Assembly: GCA_035629775.1 (NCBI GenBank) | Contig: DASPHG010000006.1 | Span: 693-64,692, forward strand | Reading direction: 5' to 3' | Length of the DNA stretch: 64,000 bases | Source: Thermoleophilaceae bacterium | Lineage (GTDB): Bacteria > Actinomycetota > Thermoleophilia > Solirubrobacterales > Thermoleophilaceae | Shown here: positions 57,008 to 64,000 of the stretch, piece after piece | Numbering within the stretch: position 1 is the first letter of the stretch | How the letters are laid out: each line of letters starts with the position of its first letter | Notes under the pieces: model-generated | Databases searched by the model: none | What the model saw: the letters and a program-made list of their open reading frames with translations, nothing else | What the model was told of the DNA's origin: nothing | Program-made: the position numbers and the translations under genes

Positions 57008-57898
57008 CTAGGAAGCCGCAGCCTGCACGAGCAGGGGGCCCGCCCCCGCTGCGAGCAGCCGCCCGGCGAGCTCGCGCCCGAGCGCCGACGGGTCGTCGTC
57101 CGCCGCGCCCTCGAGGCGGTCCCTGATCCAGCTCGACCCGTCGGGCAGGCCGACGTAGGCCTCCACCGCGAGGCCGCCTTCGGTCAGGCGGGCGTGCGCC
57201 CCGACGGGCGTGTGGCAGGTCGCATCGAGCTCCGTCACGACCGCGCGCTCGGCGGTCAGCTCGACCAGCGCGGCGTGATCGGTCACCGCCTGCGCGAGCG
57301 CGGCGATCTCGGCGTCGCCGGTCCGCGCCTCGAGCGCGAGACAGCCCTGCCCCGGGGCGGGCGTGAACGTGCCCGCATCCACCGGCTCCCCCTCGTCCAG
57401 ACCGAGCCGTTCGAGACCGGCCTTGGCCAGCACGATCGCGTCGTATTGACGCTCGCGCAGCTTGCGAAGACGGGTGTCCACGTTGCCGCGCATGTCCTCC
57501 ACGGCGAGGTCGGGCCGCACCGCCAGGAGCTGCGAGCGCCGGCGAAGGCTGCTGGTCCCCACCACCGCGCCCTCCGGGATCGCCGCCACCCCGGCGGCGC
57601 CGCAGATCGCGTCGCGGGCATCCGCACGCGGCGGGACACCCACGATGGAGAGCCCCGGCGGCAGCTCGCCGGGCACGTCCTTCGCCGAGTGCACGGCCAG
57701 GTCGGCGCGGTCTTCGAGCAGCGCCTCCTCGATCTCCTTCACCCAGCGCGACTTGTCGCCCCCGCGCACGCCACGGTCGCCGGTGGTCTTCACCTCGACG
57801 AGCTCGATGCCGTCCGTATCGAGCAGCTCCGCGACGAGCCGCGCCTGCGCGAGCGCGAGCGCGCTGCCCCGGGTCGCGAGCCGAAGCGGCCGGCTCAG
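57008..57898 (-). CDS. hemC: porphobilinogen deaminase (hydroxymethylbilane synthase); start inferred at a non-canonical CTG
   Basis: The conserved N-terminus SRPLRLATRGSALALAQA lies upstream of the first GTG (57793). The frame is open back to a TAG at 57964-57962 with no ATG/GTG/TTG. CTG 57898-57896 overlaps the hemA TGA. Confidence 0.8.
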   Translation of the reverse strand: MSRPLRLATRGSALALAQARLVAELLDTDGIELVEVKTTGDRGVRGGDKSRWVKEIEEALLEDRADLAVHSAKDVPGELPPGLSIVGVPPRADARDAICGAAGVAAIPEGAVVGTSSLRRRSQLLAVRPDLAVEDMRGNVDTRLRKLRERQYDAIVLAKAGLERLGLDEGEPVDAGTFTPAPGQGCLALEARTGDAEIAALAQAVTDHAALVELTAERAVVTELDATCHTPVGAHARLTEGGLAVEAYVGLPDGSSWIRDRLEGAADDDPSALGRELAGRLLAAGAGPLLVQAAAS

Positions 57899-59241
57899 CC
57901 CGATCGCTTGCCCCGCTCGGCCCGCCGCTCGTCGAGCGACGTGACGTCGGCCTCCGGCTCGCTAAGCGGGCCGGTTTCGAGTCCGAACAGCTCGCGGAGC
58001 GCCTGGAGGTGCACGTAGCCGGTCTCGTCGTCGGCCGGGCGCTTGAGGCGGCTGGTCGGCTCGTGCAGCAGGCGGCTGATGACGGCGCGCGCCATCAGCT
58101 CGAGCCGGTCGCGGTCGGCGTCCGAGAGGGATTCCCAGCGGCCCTCGTTCTCGCGCAGGACCTGCCGCGCGATCTCCTCGCCGCGCTCGCGCAGCGCGGC
58201 GATCGTGGGCACGACGTCGAGCGTCGAGAGCCAGCGGTCGAATCGCTCCAGCTCGTCGTCGACGAGCGTGCGGGCGCGCGCCACCTCGGTGTCCTGCGCA
58301 TCCAGGTTCCGCGCGACCGTCCGCTGGAGGTCGTCCATGTCGTAGAGCGTGATCCCGGGTACCTCGCGAACGCGGGGGTCGATGTCACGTGGCACGGCGA
58401 TGTCGATGAGGAGCAGCGGCCGCCCCGCCCGCTGGTCGGTGACGAGCGCGAGCTCCTCCGCTCCCACGATCAGGTGCGGCGACGCGGTGCAGGACACGAC
58501 GATGTCGGCGCCCACGATCTCGGTGGGCAGGTCGTCGAACCGGACCGCCTCGCCGCCGAAGCGCTGGGCCAGCCCGATCGCCCGGTCGTAGCGGCGGTTG
58601 GCGACGAACACGGTGCGCACGCCGCGCTCGGCCAGCGCCTTCGCCGTCAGCTCGCCGTTCTCGCCGGCGCCGATCACGAGCACGCGGCGCGTCTCCAGGT
58701 CGCCGAGCGCGTCCCGCGCCAGGTCGACCGCCACGCTCGAAACCGAGATCCGCGAGCGGCCGAGCGCGGTCTCGGTCCGCACGCGCTTGCCCGCGCCGAG
58801 CGCGTCGCGGAAGAGGCGGTTCGAGATCGGCCCGGTGGCGCCCTCGACGAGCGCGAGCTCGTACGCGCGCTTCACCTGGCCCTGCACCTCGGCCTCGCCG
58901 ACGATCATCGAGTCGAGCCCGGCCGCCACCGAGAAGAGGTGGCGCACGGCGTCGGCGCCGCGCAGCGAGTAGAGCCGGCCGAGCAGCTCGGTGGGCCGGA
59001 TGCCCGCCTGGCGCGAGAGCTCGGCGAGCGCGTGGTTCTCGGCTTCCACCGGATCGCTGGCCACGAGGTAGAGCTCGGTGCGGTTGCAGGTCGAGATCGC
59101 GACCGCCTCGTGGATCTCGGGCCGCGCCGTCAGGTCGCCCAGGATTCGCGCCGCGCGGCCCTCCGGCAGCGCGAGCCGCTCGCGCAGCGCGACCGGCGCG
59201 GTCTTATGGGACACGCCCAGTGCGAGGAGCGAGTCGTTCAT
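57895..59241 (-). CDS. hemA: glutamyl-tRNA reductase
   Basis: LLALGVSHKTAPVALRERL...ISTCNRTELY...VIGAGENG... Confidence 0.92.
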   Translation of the reverse strand: MNDSLLALGVSHKTAPVALRERLALPEGRAARILGDLTARPEIHEAVAISTCNRTELYLVASDPVEAENHALAELSRQAGIRPTELLGRLYSLRGADAVRHLFSVAAGLDSMIVGEAEVQGQVKRAYELALVEGATGPISNRLFRDALGAGKRVRTETALGRSRISVSSVAVDLARDALGDLETRRVLVIGAGENGELTAKALAERGVRTVFVANRRYDRAIGLAQRFGGEAVRFDDLPTEIVGADIVVSCTASPHLIVGAEELALVTDQRAGRPLLLIDIAVPRDIDPRVREVPGITLYDMDDLQRTVARNLDAQDTEVARARTLVDDELERFDRWLSTLDVVPTIAALRERGEEIARQVLRENEGRWESLSDADRDRLELMARAVISRLLHEPTSRLKRPADDETGYVHLQALRELFGLETGPLSEPEADVTSLDERRAERGKRSG

Positions 59242-59399
59242 TCCGGCCTCTTGTCCACCAGCTCGTTCAGCGTGTCGAGCTCCTTCTCAATGCGGGACAG
59301 CTTCGCCCCAATGATGGCGATGTAGACCACGACGAGTGTGACGAAGACGACGTAGGCGGCGGCGACGTAGTCGCCGCCCTCGGCGATCGGGAGTGGCAT
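59238..59399 (-). CDS. ccmD: heme exporter protein CcmD-like (53 aa, single TM)
   Basis: MPLPIAEGGDYVAAAYVVFVTLVVVYIAIIG... The size, the YV..AY TM motif and the position right after ccmC all fit CcmD. ATGA overlap with hemA. Confidence 0.6.
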   Translation of the reverse strand: MPLPIAEGGDYVAAAYVVFVTLVVVYIAIIGAKLSRIEKELDTLNELVDKRPE

Positions 59400-60097
59400 C
59401 AGGCCTGCGCTTCCAGCCGTCGCCGGAGCCGCTTGAGCTGCTCCGCGACGTGCTTGTTGGTGAGCTCGAGCTTCCAGAGCGTGGTGAACAGCAGCGCCAC
59501 GGCGGCGATGCAGACGAAGAACGTGAGCCGCATGTCGCCGGGCATGTCGCCGCCCGTCTCCGACAGCACGCGCGGGTGCGTGTACTGCTCGGCCAGCCTC
59601 ACCGCGACGAAGTTGAGCGGCACGAAGGCGCCGGCGGTGATCGCGAACACGGACGCGTAGCGCGACTGGCGCTCCGGGTCTGCGATCGAGAAGCGCAGCG
59701 GCTGGTAGCAGCAGTAGAGGAGGAACACGATCAGGTACGAGACCAGGACCGGCTCCTCCCACACCCACCAGTGGCCCCAGGCGGTCTTCGCCCAGATCGC
59801 CCCGGTCGCCAGCACCCCGACGCCGAGCATGATCGACAGGTGAATCGCGACGTAGGAGCGGACGTCCCAGCTCCGCTCGCCCGTGCGGAGGTGCTTGATC
59901 GCGAAGATGCCGCCGGCCACGAACCCGCAGAGCGTGACGATCGCGAGCGGAACGTGGACGTAGAAGATCTTCTGGCGGAAGCCCTGGTCGGCGTCCTCGG
60001 GCGCGTAGAAGAAGACGAGCACCATCGCGGCGAGCATGAACGCCGCCGTCACCCAGGCGAGCGCGCCCAACCGCTTTCCGAAGAGCACGCTAGTCAT
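59399..60097 (-). CDS. ccmC: heme exporter protein CcmC
   Basis: ATG 60097 (MTSVLFGKRL). Trp-rich motif WGHWWVWEEP and conserved His residues in HVPLAI and HLSIML. Confidence 0.85.
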   Translation of the reverse strand: MTSVLFGKRLGALAWVTAAFMLAAMVLVFFYAPEDADQGFRQKIFYVHVPLAIVTLCGFVAGGIFAIKHLRTGERSWDVRSYVAIHLSIMLGVGVLATGAIWAKTAWGHWWVWEEPVLVSYLIVFLLYCCYQPLRFSIADPERQSRYASVFAITAGAFVPLNFVAVRLAEQYTHPRVLSETGGDMPGDMRLTFFVCIAAVALLFTTLWKLELTNKHVAEQLKRLRRRLEAQA

Positions 60098-60764
60098 CCA
60101 GGAGGTAGTCGAAAACGGCCACTGAGACCAGCACGAACACCACATCGTAGAGCGCGAGGAATCCCAGCCATTTCGCGAGATCGTCCGGCGACTGGCCGGC
60201 CGCGAGGAGCGGCTCGGTGGCGCGCGCGGCAGCGATGACCACCGGCACGACCAGGGGCAGGAGGAGCAGCGAGACGATCAGCTCGCGGGCGCGCGTCTCG
60301 ATCGCGAGCGCGGAGATCAGTGCGCCCACCGCCGCCAGCCCCAGGTTCGCGAGCAGCAGGATCGGCAGGAGCTCGGGCAGCGCGCCGTCGAGGCCGGGGC
60401 CGAGCAGGAGAAGGTCGAATGCCGGCAGCGCGACCAGCTCGAGCGCCGCGAGGTAGAGGAAGAGCGCCGCGGCCTTCGCCAGCCAGAGCGCCGTCAGGTC
60501 CACGGGTGCGAGGCGCAGCGCGGTGAACCCGCCCTGGTCGCGCTCGGCGACATAGAGGCGGTTCACCCCCAGCACGGTCGCGAGCAGGAGTGTCACCCAG
60601 ATGACCCCGGTCGCGAGGTCGCCCTCCAGCGTGTCGCGGTCGAGCCCGAAGTGGAACAGCACGAAGACCGTGATCGAGAAGAGGACCATCGCGGGCACGG
60701 ACTCGCGCGTGCGCAGCTCGACCGTGAGGTCCTTGCGCAGGATCGCGGCGGCGGCGGCAATCAC
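60090..60764 (-). CDS. ccmB: heme exporter protein CcmB
   Basis: GTG 60764 (GTGA overlap with ccmA). ILRKDLTVELRTRE... then six hydrophobic helices. Confidence 0.8.
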   Translation of the reverse strand: MIAAAAAILRKDLTVELRTRESVPAMVLFSITVFVLFHFGLDRDTLEGDLATGVIWVTLLLATVLGVNRLYVAERDQGGFTALRLAPVDLTALWLAKAAALFLYLAALELVALPAFDLLLLGPGLDGALPELLPILLLANLGLAAVGALISALAIETRARELIVSLLLLPLVVPVVIAAARATEPLLAAGQSPDDLAKWLGFLALYDVVFVLVSVAVFDYLLDD

Positions 60765-61399
60765 CGGTAGAGCTCCTCCATCGGTGCGAGACGGCCGGCC
60801 TTCAGGCCGAGGGTCAGGTCCGCCTCCGCCTGTCCGGCGGGCACGTCGTGCGTGACCACGACGCGCGTCTTCCCGCTCGCGCGTCCGATGACCGGGTCCA
60901 GCAGCTCGACCGCGCCCGGGTCGAGGCCGGCCCACGGCTCGTCGAGTAGCAGCAGGGGCGGGTCGTGGAGCACCGCCCGTGCGGCTGCGACGCGCTGCAC
61001 CATCCCGCGCGACAGCTCGGGAAGCGGGTCGTCGGCGCGCTCGGCCATCCCGACGGCGGCGAGCACTTCGTCGATGTGGCTGTCGGCAACCGAGTGCAGC
61101 CGCGCGTGGAAGCGCAGGTTCTCGCGCGGGGTCAGGTCGCGGTACAGCAGGGGTTCGTGCGCGACGTAGCCGACCTTGCCGCGCAGCTTCCACGCCTCGT
61201 CGGGGAGCGACGCGCCGAGCACGTTCGCACTGCCGGCATGGGGGCGCAGCAGGCCCGCGAGCACGCGCAGCAGGGTCGTCTTGCCCGCGCCGTTCGGGCC
61301 GAACACGACCATCGTCTGGCCCGCGTCGACCCGTGCGCTGACGCCATCGAGCGCGAGGCGCTCGCCGTAGCGGCGCACGACGCCCTCGAGCGCGATCAT
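60761..61399 (-). CDS. ccmA: heme-export ABC transporter ATP-binding protein CcmA
   Basis: ATG 61399. Walker A GPNGAGKTT, signature LSRGMVQR, Walker B LLLLDEP. Confidence 0.88.
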   Translation of the reverse strand: MIALEGVVRRYGERLALDGVSARVDAGQTMVVFGPNGAGKTTLLRVLAGLLRPHAGSANVLGASLPDEAWKLRGKVGYVAHEPLLYRDLTPRENLRFHARLHSVADSHIDEVLAAVGMAERADDPLPELSRGMVQRVAAARAVLHDPPLLLLDEPWAGLDPGAVELLDPVIGRASGKTRVVVTHDVPAGQAEADLTLGLKAGRLAPMEELYR

Positions 61400-61857
61400 C
61401 GCTCGAGCGTCTCGGCTGCGTGGCGGAGGGTCGGCTCGACGATCGGCCAGGACTGCCCGATGGCCTTCGGCGAGCCCGGGAAGTTCACGATCAGGGTACG
61501 GCGGCGGACGCCCGAGATGCCGCGCGTGAGGATCCCGAGTGGCGTGTGGGCGCGCGAGTCGGCGCGGATCGACTCCGCGTAGCCCGGCGCCTCGCGCTCG
61601 ATCACGTCCCGGGTGGCCTCCGGGGTCAGGTCGTCGGCCGTCAGGCCGGTCCCCCCGGTGGTGAACACGAACCGGACACCGTCCTCGTCGGCGAGCCGGC
61701 GCAACGCGGCGGCGATCGCCTCGCGGTCGTCGGAGACGATCTCGTGCGTGACATCGAGGCCGGCGCGCTCGCAGCACTCCACGAGGGCCGGCCCCGACAC
61801 ATCCTCGCCCTCGCCGCGCGCGAGCGAGGTCGAGATGGTCAGGACGGCCGCCCTCAC
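61396..61857 (-). CDS. moaB: molybdenum cofactor biosynthesis protein MoaB/MogA family
   Basis: AAVLTISTS...FVFTTGGTGLTADDLTPEA...GISG. Confidence 0.88.
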   Translation of the reverse strand: MRAAVLTISTSLARGEGEDVSGPALVECCERAGLDVTHEIVSDDREAIAAALRRLADEDGVRFVFTTGGTGLTADDLTPEATRDVIEREAPGYAESIRADSRAHTPLGILTRGISGVRRRTLIVNFPGSPKAIGQSWPIVEPTLRHAAETLER

Positions 61858-61864
61858 GGCCCGG

Positions 61865-62347
61865 TCAGGTCAGAAGCTTGACGCAGGATCGGCGCAGTCC
61901 GTACTTCTCCGCCGACCGCTCCGCGCGGGCGACATGGGTCAACGAATGCCGGGCCCGCCGCCGCGCCTTTCGCGGGCGCTCGTGGGCGACGGCGCGCAGG
62001 TACTCGCGCAGCCGGTCGAGGGCGAGGTCCGTGTTGTTCACGAAGCGGAGGTACGCGCCCCGGCCGCCCTCGAAGGGCGGGTCGAGCCGGCCGAGCTCGC
62101 GGACGTACGGGCGCGAGGTCTGCACGAAGCGCCTGCCGTGCCGCACCAGCTTGTTCGCGTTCCCCTGCCGCGTGGCGCGGCGGAACTTGCGGACGTGTCG
62201 CCGCGTGGCGTCGGTCATCTCGGAGCAGATGGGCCCCGACTCGCGCACGATGTCCTCCTTGGTCGGCTCTTCCTCCTCCTGCGCGAGCGCGGCGGGCGCG
62301 CACAGCGAAGCGAGCGCCAGCAGGGCGAGAGTCAGCCGTCGAGTCAT
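61865..62347 (-). CDS. hypothetical secreted basic protein
   Basis: ATG 62347 (ATGA overlap with the moaC stop). Signal peptide [22 protein letters not shown] followed by an EEEE stretch, then an Arg-rich helical region. Confidence 0.6.
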   Translation of the reverse strand: MTRRLTLALLALASLCAPAALAQEEEEPTKEDIVRESGPICSEMTDATRRHVRKFRRATRQGNANKLVRHGRRFVQTSRPYVRELGRLDPPFEGGRGAYLRFVNNTDLALDRLREYLRAVAHERPRKARRRARHSLTHVARAERSAEKYGLRRSCVKLLT

Positions 62348-62811
62348 GTGCGTCGCCAGTCCTCCTTGCCGCCGGTCTTCTCGACGAGCTTGATCTCGCC
62401 GATCTCGACTCCGCGCTCGATCCCCTTGACCATGTCGTAGATCGTAAGCGCCGCCGCCGCCGCGCACGTCAGTGCCTCCATCTCGACGCCGGTCCGCGCG
62501 GTCGTGCGGGCCTCGGCGGTGATCCGCACTTCCGCGTCGGCCACATCGATCGCCACGTCGACGAAGGAGAGCGGCAGTGGGTGGCAGAGCGGGATCAGCT
62601 CGGAGGTGCGCTTCGCGGCCTGGATGCCGGCGATCCGCGCGGTGCCGATCACGTCGCCCTTGGGCGCGTCGCCGTCGCGGATCGCGCGCGCGGTGTCGGG
62701 CGACACGCGCACGAGCGCGGTCGCGACCGCCCGCCGGTCCGTGGCTTCCTTGCCGCCCACGTCCACCATCCGCGCGCGGCCGTCGTCGTCGAGGTGTGAG
62801 AGCTCGGCTAT
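62344..62811 (-). CDS. moaC: cyclic pyranopterin monophosphate synthase MoaC; start inferred at a non-canonical ATA
   Basis: [20 protein letters not shown]...IPLCHPL...TGVEMEALT. The only upstream canonical start (ATG 62967) would overlap sirC by 160 nt. Confidence 0.8.
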   Translation of the reverse strand: MAELSHLDDDGRARMVDVGGKEATDRRAVATALVRVSPDTARAIRDGDAPKGDVIGTARIAGIQAAKRTSELIPLCHPLPLSFVDVAIDVADAEVRITAEARTTARTGVEMEALTCAAAAALTIYDMVKGIERGVEIGEIKLVEKTGGKEDWRRT

Positions 62812-63545
62812 GCGGGGGTCGCGGTCCGCTGAGCGGCCGCGATCAGGTCGCGGACGGCCTGCTCGTCGCCACGACGCAGGAGCTCGACCGGGTCGGGGTC
62901 GCCGTTCACGATGCCCTCGAAGAACTCCTTGCGGTCCTGGTAGGTCGGCAGGCTGCCCTTGGCCCATCCGCGCGCCTCGTTCAGCAGCTCGGCCAACCGC
63001 GCGTACGGCTCACCGTAGGCCTCGCCGATCTCGCGCTTCAGCCGCTTTGCGAGCGCGGGGCTGGCGCCCGCGGTCGAGATCGCGATCGCCAGCGGGCCGG
63101 TGCGGTGGATGGCCGGCAGGATGAAGTTGCAGAGCGGCGGCACGTCCACCACGTTCACCAGCATGGCGCGCCGCTCCGCGTCCTCGAAGACGCGGATGTT
63201 CACGTCGGTGTCGCTCGTGGCGGCGATCGCGATGAACGTGGCCTCGAGGTCGCCCGTCTCGTATTCGCGCTGCTCCCACCGGATCGAGCCCTCGGCGGCG
63301 AGCTCGCGCAGTGGCGCGACCGCGTCGGGGGCGACCAGCACGACGTCACCGTCGCAGGCGAGCAGCCCCTCGACCTTCTCGAGCCCCACGTCGCCGCCGC
63401 CCACGACGACGCAGCGGCGGCCCGTGAGCTTCAGGCACGCGATGTAGAACGGGGTCTCGAGCATGCCCTGCACGCAGCTCTGGTCGCAGATGCCCTTCCT
63501 GAGCTGGCAGACGCATTCCTTGCCGGCGTAGGCCTGGGCGGGCAT
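62808..63545 (-). CDS. sirC: precorrin-2 dehydrogenase / sirohydrochlorin ferrochelatase (SirC / CysG N-terminal-domain-like) with a Cys-rich N-terminal extension
   Basis: [22 protein letters not shown] Rossmann motif. ATG 63545 adds 27 GC3-rich codons carrying CVCx6Cx3C. ATG 63464 is the alternative start. Confidence 0.8.
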   Translation of the reverse strand: MPAQAYAGKECVCQLRKGICDQSCVQGMLETPFYIACLKLTGRRCVVVGGGDVGLEKVEGLLACDGDVVLVAPDAVAPLRELAAEGSIRWEQREYETGDLEATFIAIAATSDTDVNIRVFEDAERRAMLVNVVDVPPLCNFILPAIHRTGPLAIAISTAGASPALAKRLKREIGEAYGEPYARLAELLNEARGWAKGSLPTYQDRKEFFEGIVNGDPDPVELLRRGDEQAVRDLIAAAQRTATPA

Positions 63546-63559
63546 GGCACTGAGGGTAC

Positions 63560-63586
63560 TTACCAGGGGGCCTGGCCCCCTGGTAA
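63560..63586 (-). terminator. hairpin downstream of the aldehyde dehydrogenase gene
   Basis: TTACCAGGGGGCC-T-GGCCCCCTGGTAA, perfect 13-bp arms. It shares the core GGGGCCTGGCCCC with the hairpin at 52365-52389. Confidence 0.55.
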
Positions 63587-63595
63587 ATGCGCGAG

Positions 63596-64000
63596 CTAGC
63601 GCCGGCCGGCGCCGCGCAGCATCTTGCGGCCGATCCGCACGAGCGGGAGCGCCCCCCGCTTGAGCGCCCCGAGCTTGTCGTCGTCGCGCCCGTAGAGCAG
63701 CTGGGCGGCGGCGTGGATGCCGGTGCCGAGCGACTCGTCGTACGGGTGCCACCAGAAGTTCTTCGTCAGCGACGGCTCCCACGCCACCTGCTTGACGTCC
63801 ACGCACTCGTAGAGGCCGAACTTCGAGTGTGACCGGCCGAGACCGGAGTCCTTCACGCCGCCCCACGCGCACTGCATGGCGCCGTGCGTGTACATGTGGT
63901 CGTTGATCCAGACCATCCCGGACTGGATCCGCCGCGCGATCCGCTCGCCCTTCGCCCGGTCGGACGTCCAGACCGACGCGCCGAGGCCGAACTCGGAATC
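63596..64000 (-). CDS. aldehyde dehydrogenase family protein, C-terminal fragment (5' end outside window)
   Basis: The frame is open to the window edge. ...[11 protein letters not shown]...GMVWINDH...[11 protein letters not shown]... are typical ALDH C-terminal motifs. Confidence 0.85.
   Translation of the reverse strand, partial: DSEFGLGASVWTSDRAKGERIARRIQSGMVWINDHMYTHGAMQCAWGGVKDSGLGRSHSKFGLYECVDVKQVAWEPSLTKNFWWHPYDESLGTGIHAAAQLLYGRDDDKLGALKRGALPLVRIGRKMLRGAGRR

Noticed and set aside
57008-57793. GTG 57793 as the hemC start (261-aa product from the ORF track)
   Set aside because: It removes the conserved LRLATRGSxLAxxQ N-terminus, which is encoded in frame immediately upstream.
62812-62967. 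ATG 62967 as the moaC start (207-aa product)
   Set aside because: It would overlap sirC by 160 nt and add an Arg/Pro-rich stretch that looks like off-frame sirC. It is kept as an alternative in the finding but not annotated.

Overview
This is a 64-kb, very GC-rich chromosomal segment, densely packed with about 75 protein genes and 2 tRNAs. I found no rRNA, CRISPR array, transposase, integrase or prophage genes. Gene content and order suggest a deep-branching Actinomycetota genome (Thermoleophilia/Rubrobacteria-like); this is inference only, as no search was run. The supporting features are rpsF-ssb-rpsR-rplI-dnaB-purA, a sortase, GT87/GT-C envelope glycosyltransferases, a class A PBP, an L,D-transpeptidase, an OmpR/HK pair next to HtrA, and TreT plus OtsA.

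Most of the window is housekeeping:
- hemL (3' end)
- a Bacillus/b6f-type qcrABC menaquinol:cytochrome c reductase followed by menG-hepT
- dcd and tatA-tatC
- a WbpI/A/B/D-like nucleotide-sugar cluster
- the replication/ribosomal block
- a two-component/HtrA/trehalose operon
- a cell-envelope block
- pyrE, galT and birA
- a long minus-strand chain of translationally coupled cofactor genes (sirC-moaC-X-moaB-ccmABCD-hemA-hemC), then cobA/hemD

I did not find a clear-cut novel multi-gene system. The best candidates for follow-up are:
1. A lysine-rich secreted SNase + lamin-tail nuclease, immediately preceded by a lysine-free, very acidic unknown protein (candidate nuclease/inhibitor pair). It sits next to tRNA-Arg(CCT), which carries a 36-bp att-like duplication of its 3' end.
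2. Two conserved enzymes (HemC, MoaC) whose conserved N-termini lie upstream of any ATG/GTG/TTG. Each seems to start at a near-cognate codon overlapping the upstream stop (CTGA, ATAG).
3. An unknown 513-aa lipoprotein gene inserted antisense into the hem operon.
4. A Cys-rich N-terminal extension on SirC.
5. ccmABCD running straight into hemA instead of ccmE.

All functional calls rest on motifs I recognise in the supplied translations. Start codons were checked by hand against the nucleotide sequence. Many long ORFs in the track are GC-driven antisense shadows and were rejected.
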